Source: Octopus vulgaris | Lineage: Eukaryota | Assembly: GCA_951406725.2 (NCBI GenBank) | Contig: OX597837.1 | Span: 14,570,001 to 14,634,000 of the forward strand | Length of the DNA stretch: 64,000 nt | Reading direction: 5' to 3' | Part shown: one piece after another, positions 28,580 through 41,875 of the stretch | How positions within the stretch are numbered: the first letter of the stretch is position 1 | Layout of the letters: each line of letters starts with the position of its first letter | Program-made: the position numbers and the translations under genes | The notes under the pieces: model-generated | The model's input: the letters and a program-made list of their open reading frames with translations, nothing else | Databases searched by the model: none | Told to the model about the DNA's origin: nothing

Positions 28580-29060
28580 TTTCATCGACCCTTCTTTACT
28601 TGTCTACAAATTACTTTATCAACCCCTATTTCTTGTCAACTATTTATTCTAACGAACCCCTATTTCTTTAACGAACTCCAAATTATTTTTATCGGCCCCT
28701 AATTCTCGCTTACTGTTTGTTATATCTCTTATTCTATCGACCCATTTTACTTGTTTACTAATTCTACTAGTGACCCCTAGTTTTTCATTAATAATCATTT
28801 TAACCCTATATACTTCTTGTCAATTGGTATTTTATCGACCCTTAATTTTTGTCTACTAATTATTTTACAACCTTTAGCTATTAATTACGTTAACGACCCC
28901 TAGTTCTTATCTGTTTAACATTTTATTAACCTTAATTCTCGTCAACAAATAATTATATCTATTTTTCTATCGACTCCTCTTATTTGTCTACTAACTATTC
29001 CAACGGTCCCTAATTCTTTTCCGCTACTAATTTTATCGACCCTTAAATTTTGACTATTTT
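28580..29060. repeat. Decayed ~35-bp minisatellite (~13-14 units; tattttatcgacccctaattcttgtctactaat)
   Basis: Recurring atcgaccc/aacgaccc cores at ~35-bp spacing. Confidence 0.8.
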
Positions 29061-29326
29061 GGAAAAAAATTTTAAGCAGAGAAATGAAGAGATTTCGGTA
29101 TCCTAAGACGACAGATATTCTCGTAGGAACCGGTGCAGTTGGCACAGGATCCAGAAATGCGACCAAAGAGAGCGAAAAATAATTGGGACTCGCATTTTCG
29201 ATCTGAGGAGAAAAGCGCAATCCTCAATTCTTCAAAAATTCTAAGAAGGATTCTTTAGATTTGAGACGGCTTGAACTTATCGACAAAACGTAAAACACCC
29301 CCTCCTAACTAATATAGCATGTAATA

Positions 29327-29427
29327 GTGATGATGATGATGATGATCATGATCATGATCATGATCATGATGATGGTGATGATGATGACGACGACGATGAT
29401 GATGATGACGACGACGATGACGATGAC

Positions 29428-29465
<38 letters not shown>

Positions 29466-29523
29466 CGATGATGATGACGATGATGATGATGATGACGATG
29501 ACGATGATGACGACGACGACGAC

Positions 29524-29603
<80 letters not shown>

Positions 29604-29604
29604 C
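29327..29604. repeat. (GAT)n/(GAC)n microsatellite
   Basis: Direct reading. Confidence 0.95.
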
Positions 29605-30821
29605 GAATTTCTATCTGAATAGTGTGAGATGAAGAAGAATCCCTGCTATTCGTTACTGACGTATTTGGGACACGAACCCTCGTCTGAGTCACTCTAGTCA
29701 CAACGTTTCGGCCATCTTACAGCCCGGCCTACTTCGTGTGTCTGTCGTGTTAGGCAACATTCTCGAAACTTCCAATGAGACCCCTGTACTGAAAACCTGG
29801 GGTAGATTCTCTTCATTCTGTTGTCCATACCAGGGATATTCTGGCGTTAGAAATAGAAGAGAGAATTCAAGCCTGTGCCGTCTTAACAGCATTATAGGTC
29901 CCTGTGTAAACCAGTGCATTGGGCCCTTGAATGGATATTTATTGACTGCAAGGCACAACATACAGAAACCTCTGGGGACCCTGGAGTTTTATCATGGCTA
30001 CCGAATAATTGTCACATATTACATTTACAGATAAATTCCTCTATTTACATAATATCGAGGTTTCTTCCATTTTTTGTTGACTAACCAGTTCTATCAATAT
30101 GGACGCTGGTGGATTCGGGGCTACTATAGAAAGTTCTTACCTAGGCTGTCTTGCTGAGGAACGAACCCGAAATTGTGTGTTTGAAAGGTAAGCTTCTTAA
30201 TCAGACAGCCATGTCTGCTCCGGGTCGAGAGGAACAACGAAATTATTTTCAAGAAGAATAACTAAAACCAGAATAAGAATGGTATGGACAACGGAATCTA
30301 CATCCGTGGGTTAAATAAAATTTTGGCTCGAAATACGAAGGAAGTTAGCGAATACGATAGACACCCGCAGACGGCCGGCAGATACACCAGCCGAAAGATT
30401 GTAACTCTAGCAAGCAAGACACAATCACTAATTTCACACGCACACACGCACACATACACACACATATATAGATATACATATACGTATGTTCGTACATACA
30501 TCAATACATACATATGTACGTACGTACGTACGTGCACATACAGGTGAATGCGAGCAGCGAATAAACAATACAGAAGTATATGAAGTTAGACAAGTGAAGC
30601 GAGGGGGGGGGGGTCGAAAAAGCGTAGATTAATAAAAAAGACTTTAGATATCGGGAAGTGTGTGCAATGAAAATAAAGGCTTCAAATGAAAAGAAATAGA
30701 AGGGGATTTGACATTTCGGATTTTACGTTTCATCATTCGAGAAGTAAAAGCATTAAGAGAAGGAAGAGGAAAAGAAATACGAACGATATGAATGTTCCAT
30801 TACGGAGGGGTGTATGAAAAA

Positions 30822-31075
30822 ATGTGGCTTAGCGGTTATGGATATTCGTCTCGTGGGTTCATTACCGGGTGATGTGTTGAGTTCTAGAGCAAGACACTTT
30901 AGTTCACTCAGTTTACTCAGCTGGTAAAAATGACTAGTACCTATATTTTAAAAGGTCCGCCTTATCCCATTCTATGTAATGCCGAATCTCGCCGAAAACT
31001 ATCGTAAGTGTACGCATGTCTACGGAGTACTCAGCCACTTGCAAGTTAATTTCACGAGCAGCATGCTCCGTAGAT
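30822..31075 (+). mobile_element. Decayed SINE with family-B-like head/core and family-A-like tail
   Basis: gtggcttagcggtta...gagcaagacacttt...actcagctggtaaaaatga, then ctcagccacttgcaagttaatttcacgagcag as at 37417-37450. Confidence 0.7.
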
Positions 31076-31120
31076 TAATATAACTTAGTCTATAACGTAG
31101 ATTTCACGAGCAGCATGCTC

Positions 31121-31340
31121 CGTACATTAATATAACTTAGTCTATCATTGGGCTTCCTATAAGGCTTATAAATATTCTTATTAAGATCTAAGAAAACGTC
31201 TAAGAAATTGACAACCGTCAGGTTAGTATCTATAGTTATACTAAGTCCGAAGTATTTCATTAACTGGATAATATCCTTCCTAAAACGATCTTGTGCTGGT
31301 CTATTTGTATTAGCTGTTAAGGCGAGGGCATCATCTTTAG
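31121..31340 (-). pseudogene. Penelope-like reverse transcriptase fragment
   Basis: DDALAL...FRKDIIQLMKYFGLSITIDTNLTVVNFLDVFLDL...YKPYRKPNDRLSYIN: the catalytic DD followed by the GL.IT..N...VNFLDV.LDL...Y.PY.KP pattern of Penelope RTs. Confidence 0.9.
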
Positions 31341-31419
31341 GCACTGGAACAGAAGAAAAGCGATACAATTATCTAATCATATTTGGTCTTTAAGAGATAA
31401 AGGTGTCGATTATAACATA

Positions 31420-31620
31420 CAATGGAAGATTTTGGCCAGATGTAAGCTCTATACCAACGGCAGCGGAAGGTGCGGTCTATGCGACATGGAGAGATGGCTT
31501 ATCTGGAAAAGCAGCTTAGACCCTACTACATGTCTAAATACAAGGACAGAACTTTTCGGATCATGCCCACATGTGACTAAATTTCTGTTACGTTTTTGGT
31601 CCCCTAAAGAAAACAGATAG
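31420..31620 (+). pseudogene. Penelope-like GIY-YIG endonuclease C-terminus
   Basis: YTNGSGRCGLCDMERWLI...CLNTRTELFGSCPHVTKFLL matches the RCxLC..E..LI...LN.R.EL...C.H..KFLL terminus. Confidence 0.85.
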
Positions 31621-31812
31621 AACATGCTTTCTATGTTATGTCCCAAGAAGATTTTATATATTTTTATATATTTTTATATATTTTTTATGTATTTTTATAT
31701 AATTTTTATGACGAAAAATGCGAGCGATGTATAAGTACGCAGGCAAGCAGAGTTATAACACAGTAATTTCCCTTTATATAACGGTATTTTTTCATAGCGT
31801 TTTCAAATAGCC

Positions 31813-31875
31813 AGATAACCGAAGAGATGGTGTTGTGGATTTCCACTTCGGCATCTGAAACTCAGAGTTTTATCT
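31813..31875 (+). ncRNA. Hammerhead motif (U4C core) 3' of the Penelope endonuclease
   Basis: agataa-CCGAAGA-gatg..gtggatttccac..catct-GAAAC-TCAGA-GTT-ttatct; perfect 6-bp helix I. Confidence 0.75.
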
Positions 31876-31990
31876 TGACTATTGAGTAAGGTAACATATT
31901 ATTTTATATATATATATATATATATTATCGAGTAAGAAAACAGAGAGATCTAATGGAAACAAATTAATTTATTAATTAATCATCCTCTTC

Positions 31991-32077
31991 ACCTACAATT
32001 GTTTCATTTCACAAACAAAATTAATATTGCAAAACATTTTGCATTTTAAATACCTTGTATGAATACTCATCAGGGAG
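31991..32077 (-). ncRNA. Hammerhead motif, long helix-II insert, weak helix I
   Basis: Minus: cc-CTGATGA-gtattcata...tgtgaaat-GAAAC-AATT-GTA-gg. Confidence 0.7.
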
Positions 32078-32640
32078 TACAAAGGACAAAAAGGATCACA
32101 TCAGGATACGTTGGGAATATGCAGAATATATATATATATGCATTTATACATATGTATACCTACATACATAGGTATAAATATATGTATACATACAATTACA
32201 TACATACATGCATACATACACACGTACGTTACGTCCATTCGAACACGTTTCTCCTTCACCCCGGTTACCGCATCACCGTCCTGCAATGCAATGCCTCTCT
32301 CCATTGACTTTTATATAGTCAAGATGTAAAAAGATGCTGGCTTAGATATCTATCAACATTTTGTAGGTGTCAACGCAATGCCAGTGGTGTTGGCGACGTC
32401 GGCACCATCGACGGTGTCGCCGATGCTGGCGGTGTCGGCGGTGTCGGCGGTGTTGGCTAAGAGAGTGTGTAGCACTGACATTATTCCAGGAACACTTTAC
32501 ACTTAACTCTTCGCTCTCTTCTCATCTGCTTCCACCCTCTTCTTATTGCTCTCCATTCCTTTCTCCTTCTTCTCCTTCTTCTTCTTTCCTCTTTTTTTCT
32601 CTCCCGTGTGCAAACTGTCAAATACCATGGCATCAATGGC

Positions 32641-32811
32641 GTTGCCATAGTAGCCGATGCCGTCAACAACGCCAGCGCCACCACCCTGCAACGACGGCGT
32701 TATTAATGACGTAGGCTTATGGCGTCCAACACTCAGCTTGCTGACGTTAGTCGTCGGCGTGAAGGAAGGCCGTGTTCTTGTGACGTAGGCCACGGCTTAT
32801 TATAATAAATA
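32641..32811 (+). promoter_or_regulatory. X-box-like site + three CRE half-sites + TATA-like element
   Basis: GTTGCCATAGTAGC 32641; TGACG at 32707, 32742 and 32781 (TGACGTAGGC twice); TATAATAAATA ~32801. Confidence 0.4.
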
Positions 32812-33152
32812 CGGCTTTAATCCTTTCTTTATACACAGATCCACGGACTCAAACTCGGACACACAGACCGCTAAAGTAGATTATGGCGGGGATCCATCGG
32901 GATTGACAGTTTAACAGCCGAGTGTGGAGGTAGTGGTGGTAGTGGTGGTGATGGTAGAGGTGGTGGTGGTGGTCGTCGTCGTCGTCGTCGTAATGGGTGA
33001 CTGTATAGAAACGACCGATAAAGATATGGAGATCTGTCTCTCTCTTTTTCTCTCTTTCTTTCTCTCGTTATATGTGTGTGTGTGTCTATAATATATATAT
33101 ATATATATATACATACATATATATATATATATATGTGTGTATATATATATAC

Positions 33153-33325
<173 letters not shown>

Positions 33326-33655
33326 TATATATTATATTATATTTTATATAGTATATATCCTTGCCCTGAAGTGTAGCCTGCAGTATACACCTCGCTTAGA
33401 TATTTACCACATCTGACGTTCCGCTCGCTATGAAACATGTGTAGCCTGGATCTTATCCACTCCAATCCGCAACTCTTGTATTCTTATTTGCACACCCTGC
33501 AGCCCTGGTCGCCTACCGCGAAATATAAAAAAAGAACGATATGAAAAAATTCATAATCTTCCATCTCAATAAACCACTCTTGTCCCTGAAAATTGTTTTT
33601 TATATTTACTACGGATTGCTTAGATTAACTTTCTTCCTACACCTCGATCCCTGAA

Positions 33656-33750
<95 letters not shown>

Positions 33751-33756
33751 CGTACG

Positions 33757-33791
<35 letters not shown>

Positions 33792-33913
33792 GTACGTACG
33801 TACATACATACACACACACATACATACATACATACATACATACATACATACATACATACATACACACATACATACATACATACATACATACATACATACA
33901 TACATACATACAT

Positions 33914-33944
<31 letters not shown>

Positions 33945-34708
33945 TTCATACACACATACATGTAGTTTCTAGTAATTCCATATAATCTTGTTGCAGTAAA
34001 TTCGAGGTATATTCCGTTCAAGGTATATTCCGTTCGAGGTATATTCCGTTCGTCTTGTTCGTTTAATATACATAACCAAAGAGAGACAGTGCACTTGTAG
34101 GATCATTCTGCATTCTCAGTGATTAGACACATCACTTAAATACACAAAGATAGAACCACCGAAGATCATGGGACTTGATCTGTTATGGAACTCCTTTATT
34201 TTGGCGCATCTGCTTACCGTTTATAAGTTGCCATCTTGATTTAGTGTTAAATCTTGCTAATTTATATCCTTCGTAGTTTTAGCTGCGCCCTGCGTACAAG
34301 TCGCATCCCCAGTTTTTTTCAGTTAAGTATAAATAGTACAATTATACAGACCTTAATATTGAATATTCTACCGAAAGACAACTCTGTCTGTATTCTTCTC
34401 TATCTTTCTAAAACAGTTATTTTCATTTTTTTTTTTATTCAATGTTGACCACTTCGTTATTTTCCCCTTTCATAGTCGATATATACACCAACTTTTGAGT
34501 CACTAGTGTGATCCACTGCCTCATATTATGTGTCACATAACTGTCTTTAGTTCAGCAGTGGATGGTGAGGTGAATGTTCGCAGAAACATCTACATTTCAC
34601 GCCAGGAAACCTGCGATAAACATTCAGTATTTTTGGGAGAATGTGGTGCGTTTCATCATCATCATCATCATCATCTTCATCTCCCTCCCTCTCTCTTTTT
34701 CTCTCCCT

Positions 34709-34742
<34 letters not shown>

Positions 34743-35325
34743 CCTCTCTCTTCGATATACTGTTTCTATTCTAATGTTCATATTGCCGGTTACATGGTTT
34801 CCATGACACAATATAAATGACCGAGATCACAACATTTCCCCTGAACGTGACACCAATCCGTGGCAAAGTTTCTTATTCACAACCGGGTGGACGAGAGCTA
34901 CGGAAAATAAAATGTTTGCTCAAGAACAGAACGCATCAGGAATCGAACTCACACTCTTGCGATCATGGGTGCAACACCATAACCACTAACCTACGCGCCT
35001 TCATAATCATTGTCCCTTCTCATTGATAAATTATCTGACGCAGATAAACTTAAAAATTGTGATGTTTAGGTACACGTGCACCCGGAAGCTGAAGAGATGA
35101 ATAATTGCCGCGAAGAATTTCGGGTACACATTCAGTATTGTATATTTATAGTCCGTTTCTATTTCAGACTCGTTAATTCATATAAAAATCATTGCACCGA
35201 CTACTTGCTGAGTCATTGTACACTCGCCGTGTTGTGGTTAAATATCGACACTCACATAGACTGAAGTTGTACAGCCTTGTTTTCTTATATGAGTATGCAT
35301 GTGTGTATGTGTCTACGTGTGTGTA

Positions 35326-35381
<56 letters not shown>

Positions 35382-35384
<3 letters not shown>

Positions 35385-35424
35385 AACGTGTGTGAATGTG
35401 TGTATGTGTATATATATATGTGTG

Positions 35425-35460
<36 letters not shown>

Positions 35461-35479
35461 GTGTGTGAATGTGTGTATG

Positions 35480-35553
<74 letters not shown>

Positions 35554-35663
35554 ATATATATATATAAACGTATGTGAATGTGTGTATGTGTATATATATA
35601 TATATATGTGTGTGTGTGTATTATATATGTATATATATATAAACGTGTGTGAATGTGTGTATG

Positions 35664-35719
<56 letters not shown>

Positions 35720-35770
35720 CATATATATATATATAAACGTGTGTGAATGTGTGTATGTATATATATATGT
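35382..35770. repeat. Higher-order compound repeat: 5 copies of ataaacgtgtgtgaatgtgtgtatgt separated by variable (TA)n
   Basis: Anchors at ~35382, 35455, 35564, 35639 and 35733. Confidence 0.9.
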
Positions 35771-36009
35771 ATATGTGTATATATATATAAATGAATGAAT
35801 GTATATATGCATATACTCCGGCCATCACTCCCAATTATGACTTGGTAGCTTCTACCATGCTTTCGCTAATTGCTATTTGGTGGCCATGTAGTCGCGTGCA
35901 GACAACCTTAGACATCCTACACATTTGCACTCAAAATACACACACACACACACACACACATACATACACGCACATACATATATATGTATGTATATACATA
36001 CATACAAAG

Positions 36010-36210
<201 letters not shown>

Positions 36211-37124
36211 CAATAGTGAACTATATATAAACATAGACACCGTATTCTCATTCATCTGCATTTATATATTTAACCATTAACAAAAGTATTCACGCACATC
36301 TAAACACACATACACACCGCCGTATTGCGTAGAGCTGAAGCTACATACATTCATACTGCACAAACTCGTACGCATACGCCATATTTGAATTATCGGCTGC
36401 TGATTCAATGAAACAGAAAATCAAAGGCAGCCTCACTTTCAATGCCGCGAACAACATTAAAGAATTCATGGAGTAAAACCGTCAATATTTCCTTATTGCT
36501 AATGTCACCCAGTGAAGAATTACAAGCCATGATCTTTCATTCATTCTGTCCGTATAGTATCGATCTGGGAGATATCGCTTGTTTGACGATTGATTTCTCT
36601 GGTCATTTGTTCAGCGCCATCATGAGGATGACGTCAGAAGCAATGTCCTCTCAACCTTTCTCTCTCTTGTTTTTAGAAAACAATATTTAGTCATCGTCCA
36701 CCCCAACTGATTCGAGAATGTTCCTGTTTAACCCGTTTTCGTAACTGTGCTTTGAGTAGACGTCGGCATGATGGACCCTATTTAGTCGCATATGTGACAA
36801 ATTTAATATAAAGATCGGGGTAAAAACCAGTCAGAAGTTGTTGAATTCGTGTTTAACAAAAACAAAACAGATAAAATAATAAAAATATTGGGTAGAAAAA
36901 CATGGTGGAAAGGGCGGATTATAATAAATGCTGTAAATCTTGTTCTCAGCTTGCTTTTGTTTTGTGTTTAGAAGATTTAGATTATTATTTTTGTGGTTGT
37001 TTTCAGCAATGAGCAGATAACATAATAGCAAATAGAGACTCTTATCAGGTGTGTAGATAATGATTTAATAGTTAACGGAGAATGACTCATCAAGATATTG
37101 CACAACACGGTCTGGATAATGGCT

Positions 37125-37509
37125 GTGGAGGCGCAATGGCCCAATGGTTAGGGCAGCGGACTCGCGGTCATAGGATCGCGGTTTCGATTCCCAGACCGGG
37201 CGTTGTGAGTGTTTATTGAGCGAAAACACCTAAAGCTCCACGAGGCTCCGGCAGGGGATGGTGGTGATCCCTGCTGTACTCTTTCACCACAGCTTTCTCT
37301 CACTGCTACTTCCTGTTTCTGTTGTACCTATATTTGAAAGAGCCGGCCTTGTCGCTCTCTGCGTCACGCTGAATATTCCCGAGAACTACGTTAAGGGTGC
37401 ACGTGTTTGTGGAGTGCTCAGCCACTTACACGTTAATTTCACGAGCAGGCTGTTCCGTTGATTCGGATCAACCGGAACCCTCGTCGTCGCAACCGACGGA
37501 GTGCTTCCA
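37125..37509 (+). mobile_element. Full-length tRNA-derived SINE family A
   Basis: A/B boxes; 14-bp TSD tctggataatggct (37111) / tccagataatggct (37510). Confidence 0.95.
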
Positions 37510-37574
37510 TCCAGATAATGGCTTGATAATTGATAGAAGCTGACTGATCAAGGTATTATAAACATTGTGGGGAT

Positions 37575-37836
37575 CAGTGGTCTTCAACCGCTCTTTGCCT
37601 ATGGTCCCCTTTGATTCTTATTCTACTCGGATGGACCCTCCAAGCCATTCGACGTTTTAAAAAAATCTTGTAATATTTTTATAATTAGATATTATTAGGA
37701 ACTGAATTTTGAAAAAATTGTTCCAATATTTTGTCAGTTGTCGAAGAATAATCAAATTATTATACATCAATTTTAACAAAGAAGAAATCATATGAACGCC
37801 GACAAGGGACGTATGGGCCCCGGTTGAAAACCATTG
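37575..37836 (+). mobile_element. hAT (Charlie-like) MITE
   Basis: TIRs cagtggtcttcaacc / ggttgaaaaccattg; 8-bp flanks gtggggat / atgtagat; homologous to 50278 and 56683. Confidence 0.8.
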
Positions 37837-37934
37837 ATGTAGATTGTAACTCACTGTTTGACAGAGACTGTCTTAGTACCATACAACGACGGGTAGATAG
37901 CTTTATAGTTGATAATGAGTGACGTATAAGTGAC

Positions 37935-38895
37935 AACCTCGGCGGAATTTCCACTCAGAACGAAAAGACAGGCGAAATTTCTTGACTACCCACAAGGGGC
38001 TAAACACAGAGGGGACAAACAAGGACAGACAAAGGGATTAAGTCGATTACATCGACCCCAGTGCGTAACTGATACTTAATTTATCGACCCCGAAAGGATG
38101 AAAGGCAAAGTTGACCTCGGCGGAATTTGAACTCAGAACGTAAAGACAGATGAAATACCGCTAAGCATTTCGCCCGACGTGCTAACGCTTTTGCGAGCTC
38201 GCCGCCTTTAAGATAGAATAAGACAAGAGCCTTATTCTATCAACCTCCGATAAGATGAAAGGGCGAAGATGACCTCGGTGGGATTTAAAGTGCCAGGACA
38301 AATACCACAAGGTATTTTTTCCGACACTTTAACGATTATGTCTGTTCGCCGCCTTGGGTGTAGATAATAACTTAACAGGTGATAGAGACTGACTTACCAA
38401 AGTATTATACGACGGTGTTTAGCTAATCCTTTCTACTCTAGATTAAAAGGCCTGAAATTTTGGGAGAAAGGACTAGTCTATTACATAGACCCCAGTGCTG
38501 GACTGGTCTTTATTTTATTGACCTTGAAAGGATGAAAGGCAAAGTCGACCTTGGCGGAATTTGAACTCAGAACGTAAAGACGGAAGAAATGCCGCTAAGT
38601 ATTTAGCCCGGCGTGCTAACGATTCCGCCTTAGTAAAAGTTAAATATTATCGGAAGAGTTTAAGGCGGCGAGCTAGCAGAAACGTTAGCACGCCGGGCGA
38701 AATGCGTAGCCGTATTTCGTCTGCCGTTACGTTCCGAGTTCAAATTCTGCCGAGGTCGACTTTGCCTTTCATCCTTTCGGGGTCGATAAATTAAGTACCA
38801 GTTACGCACTGGGGTCGATGTAATCGACTTAATCCATTTGTCTGTCCTTGTTTGTCCGCTCTGTGTTTAGCCCCTTCTGGGTAGTAAAGAAATAT
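37935..38895. mobile_element. Cluster of SINE family D copies (37978-38208 -, 38225-38356 -, 38425-38631 -, 38661-38895 +)
   Basis: Shared head and the gcctttcatcctttcggggtcgataaattaagtaccag central domain (Meta-domain-like); the last copy has TSD atattatcggaagag (38644, 38896). Confidence 0.95.
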
Positions 38896-39580
38896 ATATT
38901 ATCGGAAGAGATACGCTGACTTTAAACCATTTAGTAACGCAGTAAAATAACTCCATAGATGCGAGGCGTACATCAATGCTGAGAGGACATATTTATAAGT
39001 TTTCATTTGAATGGCACTAAGTTTTCGATTTCAGTAAACCTTCAGATTCAAAACGCAATACTTAATTATAATATCTTCCAGTTTATAAAATGTCGTCAAA
39101 AAACTGTTTCTCTGTCGCCTTAGATTATTTGATTTCTCCTCCTGGTATTTGTTTATCATTGGTTTGTCGCCATATTGGGACACATCTTTGGAGAAGTTAA
39201 TCGATCGTGTCAACATCACTACCTATGTTTTACTTAAGGGTCTTTTTAGGGGGCAGGTTAATGTGGTAACTACTTGTCGAAGCGCAAGGTTACGGAACAT
39301 AAAGAACACTGACACATCTATTCATCCATCTATCTACACACACACCCACACATTTTTATGTGTGTATGTCTGTATATATAATATAATTTATATGTTTATA
39401 TATATATTTTTTTAAATACATATATATGTATGTATATATATATAGTATTTTTATAAACAAACCCGAAAAGCTTTTTAAGTTACAGGGGTTAGCTCATCAT
39501 TTTTCAATCATTTGTTTATATTTAAATATTTGGCGCTTCAAATCGGAGAATAAATATCATTATGATATATGTTATACAGC

Positions 39581-39699
<119 letters not shown>

Positions 39700-40764
39700 T
39701 ACGTTTAGAAATATGTTTAGAAACGACTGATTTCTCTGTAGAAAGGTGGTTAAAATCTACAGCTATATTCTGAAGTTTAGTGCAGCGTTCAAGCCAAACG
39801 TTTGTGATTCATGAAACTGTGGAATCCGAGGAAAGAAGGTTTGTGTTGCACGATGGCAAAGCGTTATTCAAAGAGCTGAGCTTAACCAATTAGATATATT
39901 TTATGCCTTAAAGAAGAAGAGAATTCTAAAGTTTCGGTCAATTCTTCTTCATCGAACAGAGACGAAACTAACAGCATAACAGATTCGTAACACGTACAGT
40001 GGTACAGTACCAGTAATAATCCCTGTGCAACACAACTTTCAGAGTGCAGCACATGTGAAGACATTAAATACGAGATAGGGTACGGCTGTCAAACTCTTTC
40101 GACATTGCGGGGCAGAGAAGAGCTTTAACTAAATCTAGCAAAGCAGACATTCATTCTAAAAAGAATTGTAGACCCAGCCTCAGCTAAATGGATTAAGGGG
40201 TCAATTTACGTTATGAAGAATACGAGGTGTTAGCAAAGTTTGTGTGCTGTGTAGAAATACGCGAGAATGCACACACACACACATGCACGCACATGTCTAT
40301 ATATATATATATATATATATATGAGTCCTTAAGATGAGAATGGAGATAGAATTTGTCCATATAAATGCATAGCGTTCTCTAAAAGAAAGCTTGATAGAAA
40401 TCTATTTCAGCTGCAAAACCCTTTTGTATTGTTCGTATCTATGGAAGCCATTTGGACAAACACGTGAAACGTGCGTAAAGTTAAAACAAAATACTTTCCC
40501 TTTGTCTCGTCCGGTATAGATAAAGGTAATGCGAAGTAGGTCACATCTCTTTGTATCTGGATACTTTCCGTAATAGCTTCTTATTCAATGGTTGAGATAA
40601 ATTATAAGGTGTACCGATTGCACTTATCCGAATTGGTGTTAGTCACAATGCGAGACGGATTCCGAATCTGAAAGCATGCTTCTGATATACGTCTTTAAAA
40701 ATAACATTCTTTTTAGAAGATTGAGCCCAAAGACAGACAATTTATTTCATATGATGCAAACTCG

Positions 40765-40833
<69 letters not shown>

Positions 40834-41630
40834 TGCGCACGTGTGTTTTGTGTGTGTGTGCGTTTTGCATTTGCTTAAATGGCGTCTGCATAAACAACGT
40901 ATCTAGTCAAGGTTCTGTTTTCATCCTTATGAAGTGTCTCGCTGGCTGATTAAAAGAAACGGACTTAGCTTATATTTCTTGCAGTTTGAGTAATGACACA
41001 AAAGCTTTCACAATTGTGAATAAGTGTCTGTATGTTAGAAATATTTGAAGCTGACGACGTGTATCAAAGGGAGTTTTGTTTTGTAATAACTGTGTCCACA
41101 ATATTAACGCAACATTTCAGTGAAATATCTTCCCCCAAATTTCCTAAAATATAAAGAAAGTGTTAAGTGCTGAGTTTCAATGAATTATTTTATTCCCAAT
41201 AATCAATGTTTTTCATGACTTGTTTTTTTAAATTTCACAATTGTCGTACATCAAATACTTACGTAAAATAGTTACCTTACAAACAACAGTATTGACCCAC
41301 CTGAAGAGTTTCAATAAATCGTAATAGATTTACAGCAGGATTAACTGTTTAGTTGAAGTTTTTAAAATATCTGTCACTATTTTCAATACATTTCTTTCGT
41401 CTTCTTCTATATTTTCCTTTAATCACACAGTTTGTTGTTATATTTTGGGGCGAAATAGTCAATGCCATCTTTTTCGGACATTTCTTTTTCGAGGAAAATA
41501 TAAAGTTTGACCAAAAATTAAAACTCAAACCTTAATGTTCAAAACTTTCCACCTGAGAATACAATGAATAGATAAAATAAATTTGCTGATTTGTATTTCG
41601 TTTCTCCAAATAAATTACTAGGAAATCACC

Positions 41631-41675
41631 CATTGCGTAATTATGAGGAAAATTAACAAATTATGACGTCATAAT
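41631..41675. promoter_or_regulatory. C/EBP-like ATTGCGTAAT next to a 16-bp palindrome containing a CRE
   Basis: ATTATGACGTCATAAT 41660-41675; ATTGCGTAAT 41632-41641. Confidence 0.4.
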
Positions 41676-41875
41676 AGAAATGTAATGAACATTTTCAAAC
41701 AAAATGTAGAACAAAGAAGAAAATATCAAATATATGGTCTCCTCTTAGTTTTTTGTTTTGAAAACTGACTGAAATCACATCATAATAGAACATTTGTCAA
41801 ACTGCGAAATATATTTAATGAAATCATTGAAATGTCATAAGAGAGACAGACGTAAGAACCGACGCGTAGAGAAAC

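Noticed and set aside
27440-29701. Poly-His/Asp/Ser/Met ORFs as transcription-factor exons
   Set aside because: Trinucleotide tracts are open in several frames on both strands, with no domain or credible splice structure.
32367-32506. Coding exon after the ttttgtag acceptor
   Set aside because: All frames give low-complexity peptides with no recognisable domain and no clear donor.
35382-35770. CRISPR-like repeat/spacer pattern
   Set aside because: The spacers are (TA)n/(TG)n microsatellite, not unique sequence, and the context is eukaryotic.
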